Below, in pieces: positions 30,196 to 39,972 of a stretch of DNA of 64,000 nt. The first letter of the stretch is position 1. Each line of letters begins with the position of its first letter. The DNA comes from an uncultured Spirochaetota bacterium (lineage in GTDB: Bacteria > Spirochaetota > Spirochaetia > SZUA-6 > Fen-1364), in NCBI GenBank assembly GCA_963845535.1, contig CAWJSK010000012.1, forward strand, positions 480,001 to 544,000. The letters are read 5' to 3'. The translations under genes and the position numbers were made by a program. The notes under the pieces are model-generated. The model did not search any database. It saw only the letters and a program-made list of their open reading frames with translations, and was not told the origin of the DNA.

Positions 30196-31234
30196 TTACT
30201 CCGCCTCTGCCCTCAACCGCACAAGCTCCCGCGTGGAGAGCATCCCGCAGGCGGCGGATATGTCCAACCCGCGTGACTGGCGGATGGTGGTCAGGATGCC
30301 GCGACGCTTCAACTCCTGCTCGAAGCGCTCCATTGTTTCCCGCGGGCTGGGGATGAGCGGAGTTCCCGGGATGGGATGAAACGGGATGAGGTTGACCCTG
30401 CAGCGGATGCCGCTCAGGACCCTGGCAACCTCGCGGGCATGACGGTCACTGTCGTTGACGCCCTTGAACATGATGTACTCGAAGGAGACCCGCCGCTGCC
30501 TGCCCAGGGGATGGTCCCGCAGCACTGCCAGGACTTCCTTCAAGGGATACACGTTCTCCACGGGCATCAGCCTGCGCCGTTCCTCTTCGAAGGGGGTATG
30601 CATGCTCACCGCGAGGTGACAGCGGCTTCGCTCCAGGAACTCCTTCATCGCGGGAATGAGCCCGACCGTTGAGACCGTGACGCGCGACGGGCTGAGGCCG
30701 TATCCGTCAGGAGAGCAAAGCACTTCAAGGCTTTCCAGCACGTTCGACAAATTGTCCATAGGTTCACCCATGCCCATGTACACGACGTTGGTCACGGAAT
30801 CCCGCTCCGGCAGGCTGCGATACTGATTGAGGATCTCTCCCGCGGAGAGGTGGCCCTGAAACCCCTGTTTCCCCGTCATGCAGAAAAGGCAGCCCATCTT
30901 GCATCCGACCTGGACGGAAAGGCAGAGCGTTGCGCGTTTTCCTTCCGGGATCCAGGCCGCCTCCACAAAGCCGCCCTGCGCCGCCGGGAAGAGGTACTTT
31001 CGCGTTCCGTCCTTGGATTCCGTGGCTTTCACCGGGCCCGGAGTGTCGATGGAGTATCGATGGGAAAGCCATTCCCGCGCGTGGCGCGGCAGGTTGAGCA
31101 TCTCCGTGAAGCTCGCTGCGTTCTTGCGGTACAGCCAATCGCTGAGCTGCCGGGCGGCGTAGGGTGGGAGACCCGGCTTCTTCCGCCACGCGGCCAAGGC
31201 CCGTCATGGCGGCGCCGAAAAGGCTTTCAGCCAT
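30196..31234 (-). CDS. rlmN: 23S rRNA (adenine2503-C2)/tRNA methyltransferase RlmN, +1 frameshift at 31172-31174
   Basis: SKDGTRKYL, CLSVQVGCKMGCLFC radical SAM motif, MGMGEP, VSTVG, FEYIM, NLIPF, SRGLDISAACG. Confidence 0.93.
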
Positions 31235-31318
31235 CCCTTTCAACCCCTCGATATCTCGCCATTTGCATCACCCCCTCCACGAGAGTCATCCTCAGTATCA
31301 TCCCCCGTATCTTCCTCG

Positions 31319-31996
31319 TCAGAAGTAGATCTCCGAAATGACTTGCTCGAACGGCACTCCCCGCCCTATGAGAATGTCGCGGGCACCCACAACCATCCCG
31401 CTGCTTCCGCAGAGAAGGTATTTGCCCGCCGCAGGCAAGTCTGTGCTGGCCAGCCACGCGGTGGTCCTTCCGGGGAAGACCCCTTCCCCCGTCTCGGCAG
31501 AGCAGCATGGCACGTACCTTTCCCCCAGCACCGAGGCAAAGTACCCGCGCAGGTAGAGCCCTGCAAGTGTCCTGCTTCCATGGACCAAAGACTTGCCGGC
31601 CAGCATGCCGGATCGGGCCATGGAAGCAAAAGGAGCCACGCCCGTGCCCGCCGCAATCCAGACCGACGCGTCTTCATCATCGATAAACGATCCGAACGCC
31701 TCCGAGGCAAGAAGCTTGTCCCCCGGGCGAAGCCGGGCAAGCCGCGGCGTCAGCGTTCCTTCCGGCACAAGATCATAGAGGATTTCGATCACAGGGTCAT
31801 GTCGGCCGCTCGCAATGCTATAGTACCTCGCGGGGATGGAGAGGTCAGTGGTGAGCGCAAGTGTCTGTCCAGGAACGAAATCGTTCGTGCGCGGAAATGT
31901 GAGGCGATAAATTCCGGGGGCAATCTCTTCATTGCCTGAAGCCTCGGTCTCCGCGAGCCGCGTGTTTCCAATGGCAGGAAACGAATGTGAAGCCAT
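31319..31996 (-). CDS. Ferredoxin-NADP reductase-like FAD/NAD(P)-binding oxidoreductase
   Basis: RYYSIAS, GTLTP, IAAGTGVAPF, LCGS, C-terminal EIYF. Confidence 0.88.
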   Translation of the reverse strand: MASHSFPAIGNTRLAETEASGNEEIAPGIYRLTFPRTNDFVPGQTLALTTDLSIPARYYSIASGRHDPVIEILYDLVPEGTLTPRLARLRPGDKLLASEAFGSFIDDEDASVWIAAGTGVAPFASMARSGMLAGKSLVHGSRTLAGLYLRGYFASVLGERYVPCCSAETGEGVFPGRTTAWLASTDLPAAGKYLLCGSSGMVVGARDILIGRGVPFEQVISEIYF

Positions 31997-32071
31997 CACG
32001 AGAATTTACTCAATTTCCTGCGCAGAATACTTGCCGACCGCCGCACATCAGACGTATGTTGGCTACACACT

Positions 32072-33620
32072 ATGGCTGAAGAAAAGACCCCGGCCAGGAA
32101 GAATGGCGGGAAGGCCAACGGCGCAGGCTCAGCCGGCGCCTCGGCCGAATCCGCGAGCGCCGGGGGCCAACCCTCTTCGACCTCGGCGTCCCCCGCGGAA
32201 GCGCCGCCGGTTCCTCCCCCACCCTCTCCGGCATCCCCGACGCAACCCCCTTCCCCGCAATCCTCGGTCCACGGGGAACCGGCGGCTCCGGCTTCGCTGC
32301 CCGCCGCCATCGCTCCCACGGTCCTTCCGGGCGGCCCGAAGCGCCAGAGATTCCTCTTCATCTCGAAGTACGGCCTGATCCACGACCTGGCGTGGGAAGT
32401 GAAGAAGGAGGGACAGGAAGTCCTGTACCACATCGCCCTGAAGTCGGAGAGGGACGTGGCGGACGGCTTCGTGGAGAAAGTGGACAAGTGGGAGGAGTGC
32501 AAGGACTGGGCGGATGTCATCGTCTTCGACGACTGCGAGTTCGGCAGCCTGGCCGACAAGCTGCGAGCAGAAGGCAAGACGGTCATCGGCGGCACGCCGT
32601 ACACGGACAAGCTGGAGATGGACCGGGACTTCGGACAGGAGGAGATGAAGGCGGCCGGCATCACCACGCTGCCACGCTGGGAGTTTGATTCCTTCGATGC
32701 CGCCATCAGCTTCATCAAGGGCAACCCCGGCCGCTACGTCGTGAAGCCCAGCGGCCGCGCCCAGAACGAAAAGGTGCTGTCCTTCGTGGGGCAGGAGGAG
32801 GACGGCCTGGACGTGCTCACCATGCTCGAGCATTACAGGAACGGCTGGGCCGGGAAGATCAAAAACTTCCAGCTTCAGAAGTACGCATCCGGAGTCGAGG
32901 TGGCGGTAGGGGCCTTCTTCAACGGCAAGGAGTTCCTCCAGCCGGTGTTCGTCAACTTCGAGCACAAGCGGATGTTCAACGACGACATTGGGCCGCAGAC
33001 CGGTGAGATGGGCACGTCAGGGCTTCTGGCACGGCTCGAGCACGCTGTTCCAGCAGACGCTTCTGAAAATGAAGGACCGCCTTGCAGCCGTGAAGTACAC
33101 CGGGTACATCGACATCAACTGCATCGCCAACTCGCGCGGGATCTACCCGCTGGAGTTTACCTGCAGGTTCGGATATCCCACCATCAACCTGCAGATCGAG
33201 GGGATGCTCTCACGCTGGTCTGACGTTCTTGCCGCCATGGCGCGCGGGCAGGGCATCACGGTACGCACCAAGAAAGGCTTCCAGATATGCGTCGTGATTG
33301 CCGTTCCGCCGTTCCCGTTCGTGGACCCCGAAGCGTTCAGGAAGTTCTCGGAGGATGCCGTTGTGATTTTCAGGAAACCGGTGAATGGCGGGATTCACCC
33401 CTGCGACGTGCGATTGGTGGACGGTGACTGGCGGCTGGCCGGTAACTCCGGCTACGCGCTCGTGGTCACCGGCTCCGGGTCCACCATGGATGACGCCCGC
33501 AAGGAAGCCTACAACCGGGTGAAGAACATCATCATCCCCAACATGTTCTATCGAACCGACATCGGAGAGCGCTGGCACCGCGACGGCGACCTTTTGCAGA
33601 CCTGGGGGTACCTCCTTTAG
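32072..33620 (+). CDS. purD: Phosphoribosylamine-glycine ligase-like ATP-grasp protein with Pro/Ala-rich N-terminal extension, +1 frameshift at 33020-33022
   Basis: KLEMDRDFG, YVVKP, GVEVAVG, NFEHKR, GPQTGEMGT, LEFTCRFGYP, YRTDIG. Confidence 0.78.
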
Positions 33621-33769
33621 CGTGGTCCCCGCCAGAGGTGTGGCGCTTGGGCCAACGGGGGACTCAACCCCCATAACGGGTGAGATGTCTACTTGGCGCC
33701 GGCTTTCTCTCGGAGAAAAGGGCGAGTTTCCTTGTCTATCTGTTTTGCGATTGGTAAATTGCGAAGACG

Positions 33770-34186
33770 ATGAGGAAACGAATATGGTTGCGGCTTGGCT
33801 TGATCCTGTTGGCCCCTGCGACTGTGGCGCTTGTAGGCTGCCCAAGTAACGTAGGTCCGACTTATGACTTCGAGGGATCGTGGACGGGGGGGCCGGTGTT
33901 TCAGTCATGGGATTTCAACTCAAACGGTGGGACCTACACCGCCGGTTTCGGCATCTACACGTTCAATTTCAGCTACGTTTCGGTCGACGAAAATGAGAAC
34001 CACATCCTGATCCAAATCACTTCGGTTTCGGGATTAAGATATCCCCCATACATTTCCGTCGGAGCACAGGTGTACGTGATGTACAGCATCAGCGGGGACC
34101 AGAGCGGAGACCAGATGTACATCACTTTCAGCCAGGATGGCTACGCCACACCGGGCAGCGGGGACGGGCCTTTCACGAAGGAGTAA
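33770..34186 (+). CDS. Hypothetical lipoprotein
   Basis: MRKRIWLRLGLILLAPATVALVG-C lipobox; FEGSW start of a beta-rich, lipocalin-like domain. Confidence 0.7.
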   Translation: MRKRIWLRLGLILLAPATVALVGCPSNVGPTYDFEGSWTGGPVFQSWDFNSNGGTYTAGFGIYTFNFSYVSVDENENHILIQITSVSGLRYPPYISVGAQVYVMYSISGDQSGDQMYITFSQDGYATPGSGDGPFTKE

Positions 34187-34406
34187 CTGCAACAGCGGAA
34201 TTCGTAGGCTCGTTGACAGCCCTGCAGCTGATGTTACCATAACTTCGGATGGCACGGTTATTGCGACTCGATGCAGCAACCGACTTTGATGACCATTGCG
34301 GAAATGCCTATTTGCATAGCGACTCTGAGACTGCTTTGATCGAGCTGTACCGATAAGCCGCCTTCTGTCTCCTGCAACCGCATGCTGGTCATCCGCGAGA
34401 CGGTGG

Positions 34407-34811
34407 TTAACGCGGATTGCCCTCCGCTTTTATTACTAGCTCCGAAGGAAGAGTGTAGAAACCTGACATTACTCCTCTTTTTCCAATTGTCATCTCCTCA
34501 AACTCTTGCTTCTTCCTAACAACAGGTGCCATATACAGGATCGCGCGTTGAAGTACCGCAAGCATCTTGGATTTTAGCGCGGATTGCGAAGTTTCTTTGT
34601 CATAGACTCCCTCGAAACAAGTGATCGTCGAGGCGGTCGCTTCGAGCAGTGACGCCACGGCATCATGGCTCGCGCCCTTCGAACCCGTGGAGAATCTCTG
34701 TGAGCAAGCCAGTCCGACGAGTTCCAGCCTTGCAAAATGATTTTGAGCCACGATGATCTTGAAAACCATAAAGACGGTGTCTGAGAAACCCTGTACCACG
34801 GATCCATTCAA
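34407..34811 (-). CDS. Hypothetical protein or gene remnant, lower GC
   Basis: 134-aa ORF with TTG start and no recognisable motif. Confidence 0.3.
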   Translation of the reverse strand: MNGSVVQGFSDTVFMVFKIIVAQNHFARLELVGLACSQRFSTGSKGASHDAVASLLEATASTITCFEGVYDKETSQSALKSKMLAVLQRAILYMAPVVRKKQEFEEMTIGKRGVMSGFYTLPSELVIKAEGNPR

Positions 34812-34850
34812 TTTCCAAATAAAGGCAGCTTGCCCATAATGGGGTACCGT

Positions 34851-35963
34851 CTACTTCTGCACCTTCGGGGCGAATAACTCACTTGCAGGAATCCGCGGAG
34901 AACGAAGGAATCCGCCTTTTGGCTTTCCCAGCGAAAGAAGCATCTGAATCGTCTCACCTGGTTGGGAGGCTTCCCGGTGGATCGCACTGCGAAGCTCCCT
35001 CATCTCGGGATACTCCTGCAACGCCTGGGAAAGTGGCAGCAGACTTCCGCCTGCAAACACCACCTCCATCCAAAGCCTTTGCAAGGGAACTCCAGTACGA
35101 ACTTGAAGCTCTGGGGTGTTTCCCTGGGTCGCCACCACCAAGATGGCTTTCGAAGAATCAACCGCGGAAGAAAAGAGCTTCATAGAAGACTTCGCGTAAT
35201 CTTGCCGTGACTCGGGAAAGAGCGTTTCCCAAACGTCGACCAGGGGGATAGCCCAAGCGGGGAAGTTCGGCAGCAGGGTGATGCCCCAAGGCTTCATCCG
35301 CCTCTGGTTACCGTTGAACCGCGTGTTCAAGTAGCTTTCGTCCAGCGTTCGAGGAAGCGACATCTCGAGAGCATACGCATCGCTGACGATCCTCTTGATT
35401 TTTTCAAGCCGTCCCGGCTCCAGGATCCATGTGAACCGGATCCCTCCCCCTGAATAGCGGGTTTCCTGTGAATCAAAGAAATCCTTCGAAAAAACAAGTG
35501 GGACGACTCCGTACTTCACCGTTGCCGACGACAACGCATCCAGCTTTTCCTGCGCCGACGCCTGTGGGTCTGGAGCTTTCGACATGGCGGCCACGGGAGC
35601 ATCCGCCGGCCTGGCGGGGTTCCAGGCGCCCTTTGGGAACAGGTTCCAGGACAGCTTCAAGCCCCGAGCGGCAGCCGCGTCCTCTGCCGCTGCCAGAAAA
35701 CACCCCACTGAGATCAACAACTGGCGCGACGGAGGATCGGTCTGGGGAAGGAGCCGGCCGGAATCGAGCCAGATCCAGAGCGCGTTTGGATCTTCGGGCG
35801 ATGGAGTCAACTTCCAACTTTGCATGTTGTGTGCGTTTTGCGCCCGACGGGCGTGTTCGACGATATCGAGCCACGACCGGGGCGAAGCCGGGGAGGAAGG
35901 AAGACCACAGGACAAACAACAAGCGATGAGCACGACGACTATGAACCTGAAAATGATTTTCAC
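34851..35963 (-). CDS. Acg-family FMN-binding nitroreductase-like protein with lipoprotein-type signal
   Basis: GTG start KIIFRFIVVVLIACCLS-C; AQNAHNMQSW, LLPQTDPPSRQLLISVGCFL, QRLW, PLSQALQEYPEM, IQMLLSLG, SPR. Confidence 0.78.
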   Translation of the reverse strand: MKIIFRFIVVVLIACCLSCGLPSSPASPRSWLDIVEHARRAQNAHNMQSWKLTPSPEDPNALWIWLDSGRLLPQTDPPSRQLLISVGCFLAAAEDAAAARGLKLSWNLFPKGAWNPARPADAPVAAMSKAPDPQASAQEKLDALSSATVKYGVVPLVFSKDFFDSQETRYSGGGIRFTWILEPGRLEKIKRIVSDAYALEMSLPRTLDESYLNTRFNGNQRRMKPWGITLLPNFPAWAIPLVDVWETLFPESRQDYAKSSMKLFSSAVDSSKAILVVATQGNTPELQVRTGVPLQRLWMEVVFAGGSLLPLSQALQEYPEMRELRSAIHREASQPGETIQMLLSLGKPKGGFLRSPRIPASELFAPKVQK

Positions 35964-36129
35964 CTTTAAGGCCTCCTTAACACTCTTCTCAAGAGATGAT
36001 CTCTTTGCGAACGAAAAGACAACCAAAACTGCGGCGCAGTTACCCTCATCCCGACCCGCACTATTAACCTGTCCGATTCCCGCTCTGCTCATTACCGTAG
36101 TGAGACCCACCGGTCCTTGGCGCAGTTCC

Positions 36130-36175
36130 TTGACAAGGCTAACTTTGCAAACTAAAGTCTCTTTAGATGCTAAAG
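36130..36175 (+). promoter_or_regulatory. -35 box followed by two tandem CTTT-N7-AAAG palindromes (candidate operator)
   Basis: TTGACA 36130-36135; ACTTT-GCAAACT-AAAGT 36142-36158; CTTTAG-ATG-CTAAAG 36161-36175. Confidence 0.7.
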
Positions 36176-36203
36176 CATAGGGCTGGGCAAAGGAGCGTAG
36201 ACG

Positions 36204-36815
36204 ATGGCTGATGAGGGCGAACAGAATCTCGACAAAAGGGTAGAGGACATTCGCGCGGTCCGGAAGTTGCTCGCCGAGAGCAACGATCTCCCGTTGATCT
36301 ACCCGTGGGCCTTTTTCGTATGGGCGCTGTTGGTCGGGGCAGGAACCGTGATCCACTATGTGCTGTACCGAACCGACGGCATCGACGTCCGGAGCCTACT
36401 GCTATGGATTTGGTTTCCGATTCTCGTTCTTGGTGCGATTACTGAAACCGTCTCGTTCTCGATCAAAGTGGGGAAGGAAGAGTTCGCGCTGTTCAATCGG
36501 CGCGTAGGAAACGCCATCCTCGCCTGCATCGCCACTTCGGTGGTTCTTTTTGTCGTCGTCATGCGCCTTGCGTTCGTCGCGCTCACGCCTGGCGTTGCGA
36601 TGCTTCTCAGTGCCCTCCCGCTCGTTTTTTTCGCCCAGATTTCGTACACGTCCCTCTTTATCGAAACCTTCATCGCGGTCGCCGCCGGCCTGCTCTTCGA
36701 GCTCGCGCGTGCAAGGGGACTCACACCGTTCGTCATCGCAGGCTCGTTCGCCGCCGCCCTGTACGCAGTATCCGGATTTCACGTGCTGGTGGCCCAGAGG
36801 CGGCATCGTGTCTGA
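36204..36815 (+). CDS. Multi-TM membrane protein
   Basis: About six hydrophobic segments; AAGGAG RBS; overlaps the next gene. Confidence 0.8.
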   Translation: MADEGEQNLDKRVEDIRAVRKLLAESNDLPLIYPWAFFVWALLVGAGTVIHYVLYRTDGIDVRSLLLWIWFPILVLGAITETVSFSIKVGKEEFALFNRRVGNAILACIATSVVLFVVVMRLAFVALTPGVAMLLSALPLVFFAQISYTSLFIETFIAVAAGLLFELARARGLTPFVIAGSFAAALYAVSGFHVLVAQRRHRV

Positions 36816-37137
36816 CCTTTTCTCTGGCTTCGACGGGGTCTTCTTCGAGAAGTCCCGCCTTGCCATTGTCGCGCTGCTGTATCGCGATGAGTATGCGGCC
36901 TTTACTTCTCTGCGGGAGCGGATCGGCGCAACCGACGGGACCGCATACGCGCACCTTGAGCGATTGATCGAGAGCGGCTACCTCGAGAAGAGGAAGGAAG
37001 TCGCCGGGATGAAGGCCCAGACCGTGTATCGCCTGACGAAACGAGGCCGACTCGAGTTCGATGCGTACCTCAAGGCGATGGAAGCGTTGCTTGTCGATAC
37101 TGCGCGATCGGGCCGGAAGAACAAAGGCTCGAGGTGA
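36808..37137 (+). CDS. Winged-helix transcriptional regulator (HTH_34-like)
   Basis: FDGVFFEKSRLAIVALL, TDGTAYAHLERL, GY, TVYRLTKRGR...F..YL. Confidence 0.88.
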   Translation: MSDLFSGFDGVFFEKSRLAIVALLYRDEYAAFTSLRERIGATDGTAYAHLERLIESGYLEKRKEVAGMKAQTVYRLTKRGRLEFDAYLKAMEALLVDTARSGRKNKGSR

Positions 37138-37141
37138 AGAC

Positions 37142-37789
37142 ATGTCAATTCAATTCGTTCTGCTTGGAATCTGTGTGGTCGTCGGCGTCATTGCGGGGTT
37201 TCTGCATTCTCGATCTATTGAGTACTCGATCTTGGAGAAGAGGCTTGGGAGGGATAGGGCGGAACGGTTCACAAAGAACGTCAGCGCAGTGGCCGTCGAT
37301 CTGGAAATGCTCTTCCTCCTGGCAATATGGTTCCTTCCGCAGCCGCGGTTCTATCTACCGGTGCTGGTGAGCTACACACTTCAGGTCCCGGTTGTGCACT
37401 ACTCGATCAGCCTCTTCCATGCGCTGTTATCCTTCCCCTTCATTGTCGTCGGGCTGTGGCTGATTCTCAGTGCACTCAAGACGATGGGCAATGAAATAAG
37501 CGTAGAACACAAGAGACCGGACAGGGTCATCCGAACCGGCGTCTTCTCAAGGCTGCGACACCCTCAGAACGCGGGCGGCGCGGTCCTGCACATCGGGATG
37601 AGCATCCTCATGTCGGGGCTGTTTGCACTCGCCGTCATCCCCATCTTTGTCACATTCGACATTTATATCGCGAAGAAAGAGGAGAAGGAATTGATCAGAT
37701 CCTTCGGAAGAGAATACGAGGACTACCAGAAAGCCGTAGCCATGTTCTTCCCCAGGATCAAGGCGAACCCTCAAAGGGGATCATCGTGA
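37142..37789 (+). CDS. Isoprenylcysteine carboxyl methyltransferase/PEMT family membrane protein
   Basis: VIRTGVFSRLRHPQN, KEEKEL..FG.EYEDY...V.MFFP. Confidence 0.85.
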   Translation: MSIQFVLLGICVVVGVIAGFLHSRSIEYSILEKRLGRDRAERFTKNVSAVAVDLEMLFLLAIWFLPQPRFYLPVLVSYTLQVPVVHYSISLFHALLSFPFIVVGLWLILSALKTMGNEISVEHKRPDRVIRTGVFSRLRHPQNAGGAVLHIGMSILMSGLFALAVIPIFVTFDIYIAKKEEKELIRSFGREYEDYQKAVAMFFPRIKANPQRGSS

Positions 37790-38415
37790 GCTGGTTGTTC
37801 TTCGTATTCGTATTGTGTGCGATCATGGCGATACCGATTCACTTCATTTCGGTCGAGCATGGGAGACTGGAACAGAAACATGGAATGATCAAGGGCGTCA
37901 GGATCAGTGAGGTCTGCGGTCGCATGTCGGCCTACATGCTCTTCGCTTCTCTCATCGGTCTGTGGTTTTCGCCGCAACCGCGTTTCACCATTCCGATACT
38001 CAGCCGCGTGTCCCTCGCGGTTCCCGGCATCGGCTTCGCCATTCCCGCGCTGCATTTCGTGCTGTTCGTGCCGTTTCTGTTCTTCGGCCTCATTCTGTTG
38101 TCACGGTCGGTCTCGGACTTGACGAGGAAGGTGTCTGAAGCGCACCACCCGGAGCGCGTGGTTACGACGGGCATTTACGCCCGGGTTCGCCACCCGCAGT
38201 ATCTGGGATTTTTGCTCATGCACGTCGGATTCTCTGTGCTTATGTCGGGTACATACTCATTGATTGCCACGCTCTTGATATTCATGATGTTGTATGCCTT
38301 CGCGCGCAAAGAGGAGGTCGAGCTCATGAGAGAGTTCGGCGGCGACGAATACGATGCATATAGAAGGACTGTCCCCATGCTGATCCCGAGACTTCGAGGT
38401 CAGCCGAAAACCTGA
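37786..38415 (+). CDS. Second ICMT/PEMT family paralog
   Basis: VVTTGIYARVRHPQYLG, KEEVEL..FG..Y..Y...VPMLIP; GTGA overlap. Confidence 0.85.
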   Translation: MSWLFFVFVLCAIMAIPIHFISVEHGRLEQKHGMIKGVRISEVCGRMSAYMLFASLIGLWFSPQPRFTIPILSRVSLAVPGIGFAIPALHFVLFVPFLFFGLILLSRSVSDLTRKVSEAHHPERVVTTGIYARVRHPQYLGFLLMHVGFSVLMSGTYSLIATLLIFMMLYAFARKEEVELMREFGGDEYDAYRRTVPMLIPRLRGQPKT

Positions 38416-38506
38416 TCGGGCAGACGTCGCTGCTCCACTCCGCATCGACCCCCTTTTGACCCGACCGCCGCCCTGCTTGAGTATATTCGAGGCACAGGAG
38501 GCGACT

Positions 38507-39181
38507 ATGGGCGCGGTCCGCCGTTTCTCTCTCGGAGTCTTCATCCTCTGCAGCCTCGCAATCCCCCCCGCCGTCATGGCGTTGGACGGCCAGGTCGTTT
38601 ACGCGGAAGGCACCGTGACGGTGACGGGCGGCGGCACCTCGCAGGATGCCGGGCCCGGCACAAGAGTATCCGCCGGAGACACAATAACCACGGGAGCGGA
38701 CGGCCTTGCCGTGATCGACCTCTCCAATGCAACGCAGATCAAGCTCCGGGAGAACACGAGCCTCGTGGTTGACGCTATCGGGGACACGGCGCAGGTCTCC
38801 CTTACCGCCGGGGGCGTCTTCACTCATATCCTGAAAAGGCTTGCCGGCAGCTTTTCCCTGCGCGCCGGAGAGACGGTGGCGGGAGTGCGGGGCACGGAGT
38901 TCTTCGTAGCCTTCGGAAAAACAATAGACAACCAGCGCGACGTCTGGCTGTGCGTGAACGAAGGAGCCGTGGACGTGTCGGTGCCGTCTGCAAACCAGCA
39001 CGTTCTGGTGCCGGCAGGCCAGGGAATCAACATCGTGGGTGGAACGAAGCTGACGGCGCCTCATGGGTACAAATGGACGCGCGGGCTGAACTGGAATATG
39101 GACCCGGCCGGCGGGAGCCTGGAGGATCACACGAACCTGGATCAGGCCTACGCGGACCTTCTCAACCATGACTACAACTAG
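38507..39181 (+). CDS. Secreted FecR-domain protein
   Basis: Signal peptide; GDTITTG, IKLRENT, VAGVRGTEF, VNEGAV. Confidence 0.85.
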   Translation: MGAVRRFSLGVFILCSLAIPPAVMALDGQVVYAEGTVTVTGGGTSQDAGPGTRVSAGDTITTGADGLAVIDLSNATQIKLRENTSLVVDAIGDTAQVSLTAGGVFTHILKRLAGSFSLRAGETVAGVRGTEFFVAFGKTIDNQRDVWLCVNEGAVDVSVPSANQHVLVPAGQGINIVGGTKLTAPHGYKWTRGLNWNMDPAGGSLEDHTNLDQAYADLLNHDYN

Positions 39182-39968
39182 GAGCGCTTCGCTCGCGCTT
39201 GCCGCCTTGGCGCTTGTCGCGTTGGCGCTTGCCGCCGCGGCGCCGGCGTTCGCTGATAACGCGCCCGTTGCCCCCAACGGCGTCCTGGAGCTGGAAGGCC
39301 ACACGGCCCTCATCGTCCAGACAGGCAGCTTCGACTTTCTGGGTGACCTCACGGGAAGGCTCGAGGACGCAGGGCTTTCTTTCCAAGACAGGGCCCTTAC
39401 CCTTGGCGGATACTACCGGCCTTTAAAGAATCTGAAGGTAGGAGCTTTCTATCGCCTGCAAGCCGGAGTGCGCCATGATGACGACTGGGTCACCATCCCG
39501 ACGCCGTTTCCATGGTTTTGGCAGGACACCGCGGGGAGGTTCGAGAACGTGTTCATGCTGGATGCAAGCCCGCGGTTCCTGCTGGACTTCCTCCCCGGCA
39601 AGTCCTGGGTCTTCATGCTCAAAGGTCGCTACATCTACAACACCTTCGAGAACCAGCAATCCATCATGGTGAGGCCGGAGCTCACCTACTTCTGGCTGGT
39701 GGACCGTCAGCCGCTTTTCGATTTCCAGGCGGCGTACGAGGCGTATTTTCCGCTCAATTTCGGAAGCACTTTCATCTATGAAAGCTACCCATGGCTTGGC
39801 GTCCATTACCATCTCACTCCCGAGGTAATGCTCGAGCTGGCCGGGTCTTACAAGGTGACTGTCTGGAGCTCCTCCCAGCAGTGGCTGGCCGCGGGCAACA
39901 GTCCGTACCAGGTCACCTACGGCCGGTGGCTTGCGTCATTCGGCGTCATCTGGACGCTCACCCCGTGA
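39168..39968 (+). CDS. Secreted beta-rich protein, probable outer-membrane beta-barrel (DUF2490-like)
   Basis: Signal peptide ending AFA; alternating aromatic beta strands. Confidence 0.6.
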   Translation: MTTTRSASLALAALALVALALAAAAPAFADNAPVAPNGVLELEGHTALIVQTGSFDFLGDLTGRLEDAGLSFQDRALTLGGYYRPLKNLKVGAFYRLQAGVRHDDDWVTIPTPFPWFWQDTAGRFENVFMLDASPRFLLDFLPGKSWVFMLKGRYIYNTFENQQSIMVRPELTYFWLVDRQPLFDFQAAYEAYFPLNFGSTFIYESYPWLGVHYHLTPEVMLELAGSYKVTVWSSSQQWLAAGNSPYQVTYGRWLASFGVIWTLTP

Positions 39969-39972
39969 AGCC

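Noticed and set aside
39190..39240. 15-nt triple repeat (LALAA/LALVA/LALAA)
   Set aside because: Ordinary signal-peptide low complexity; no spacers, not CRISPR.
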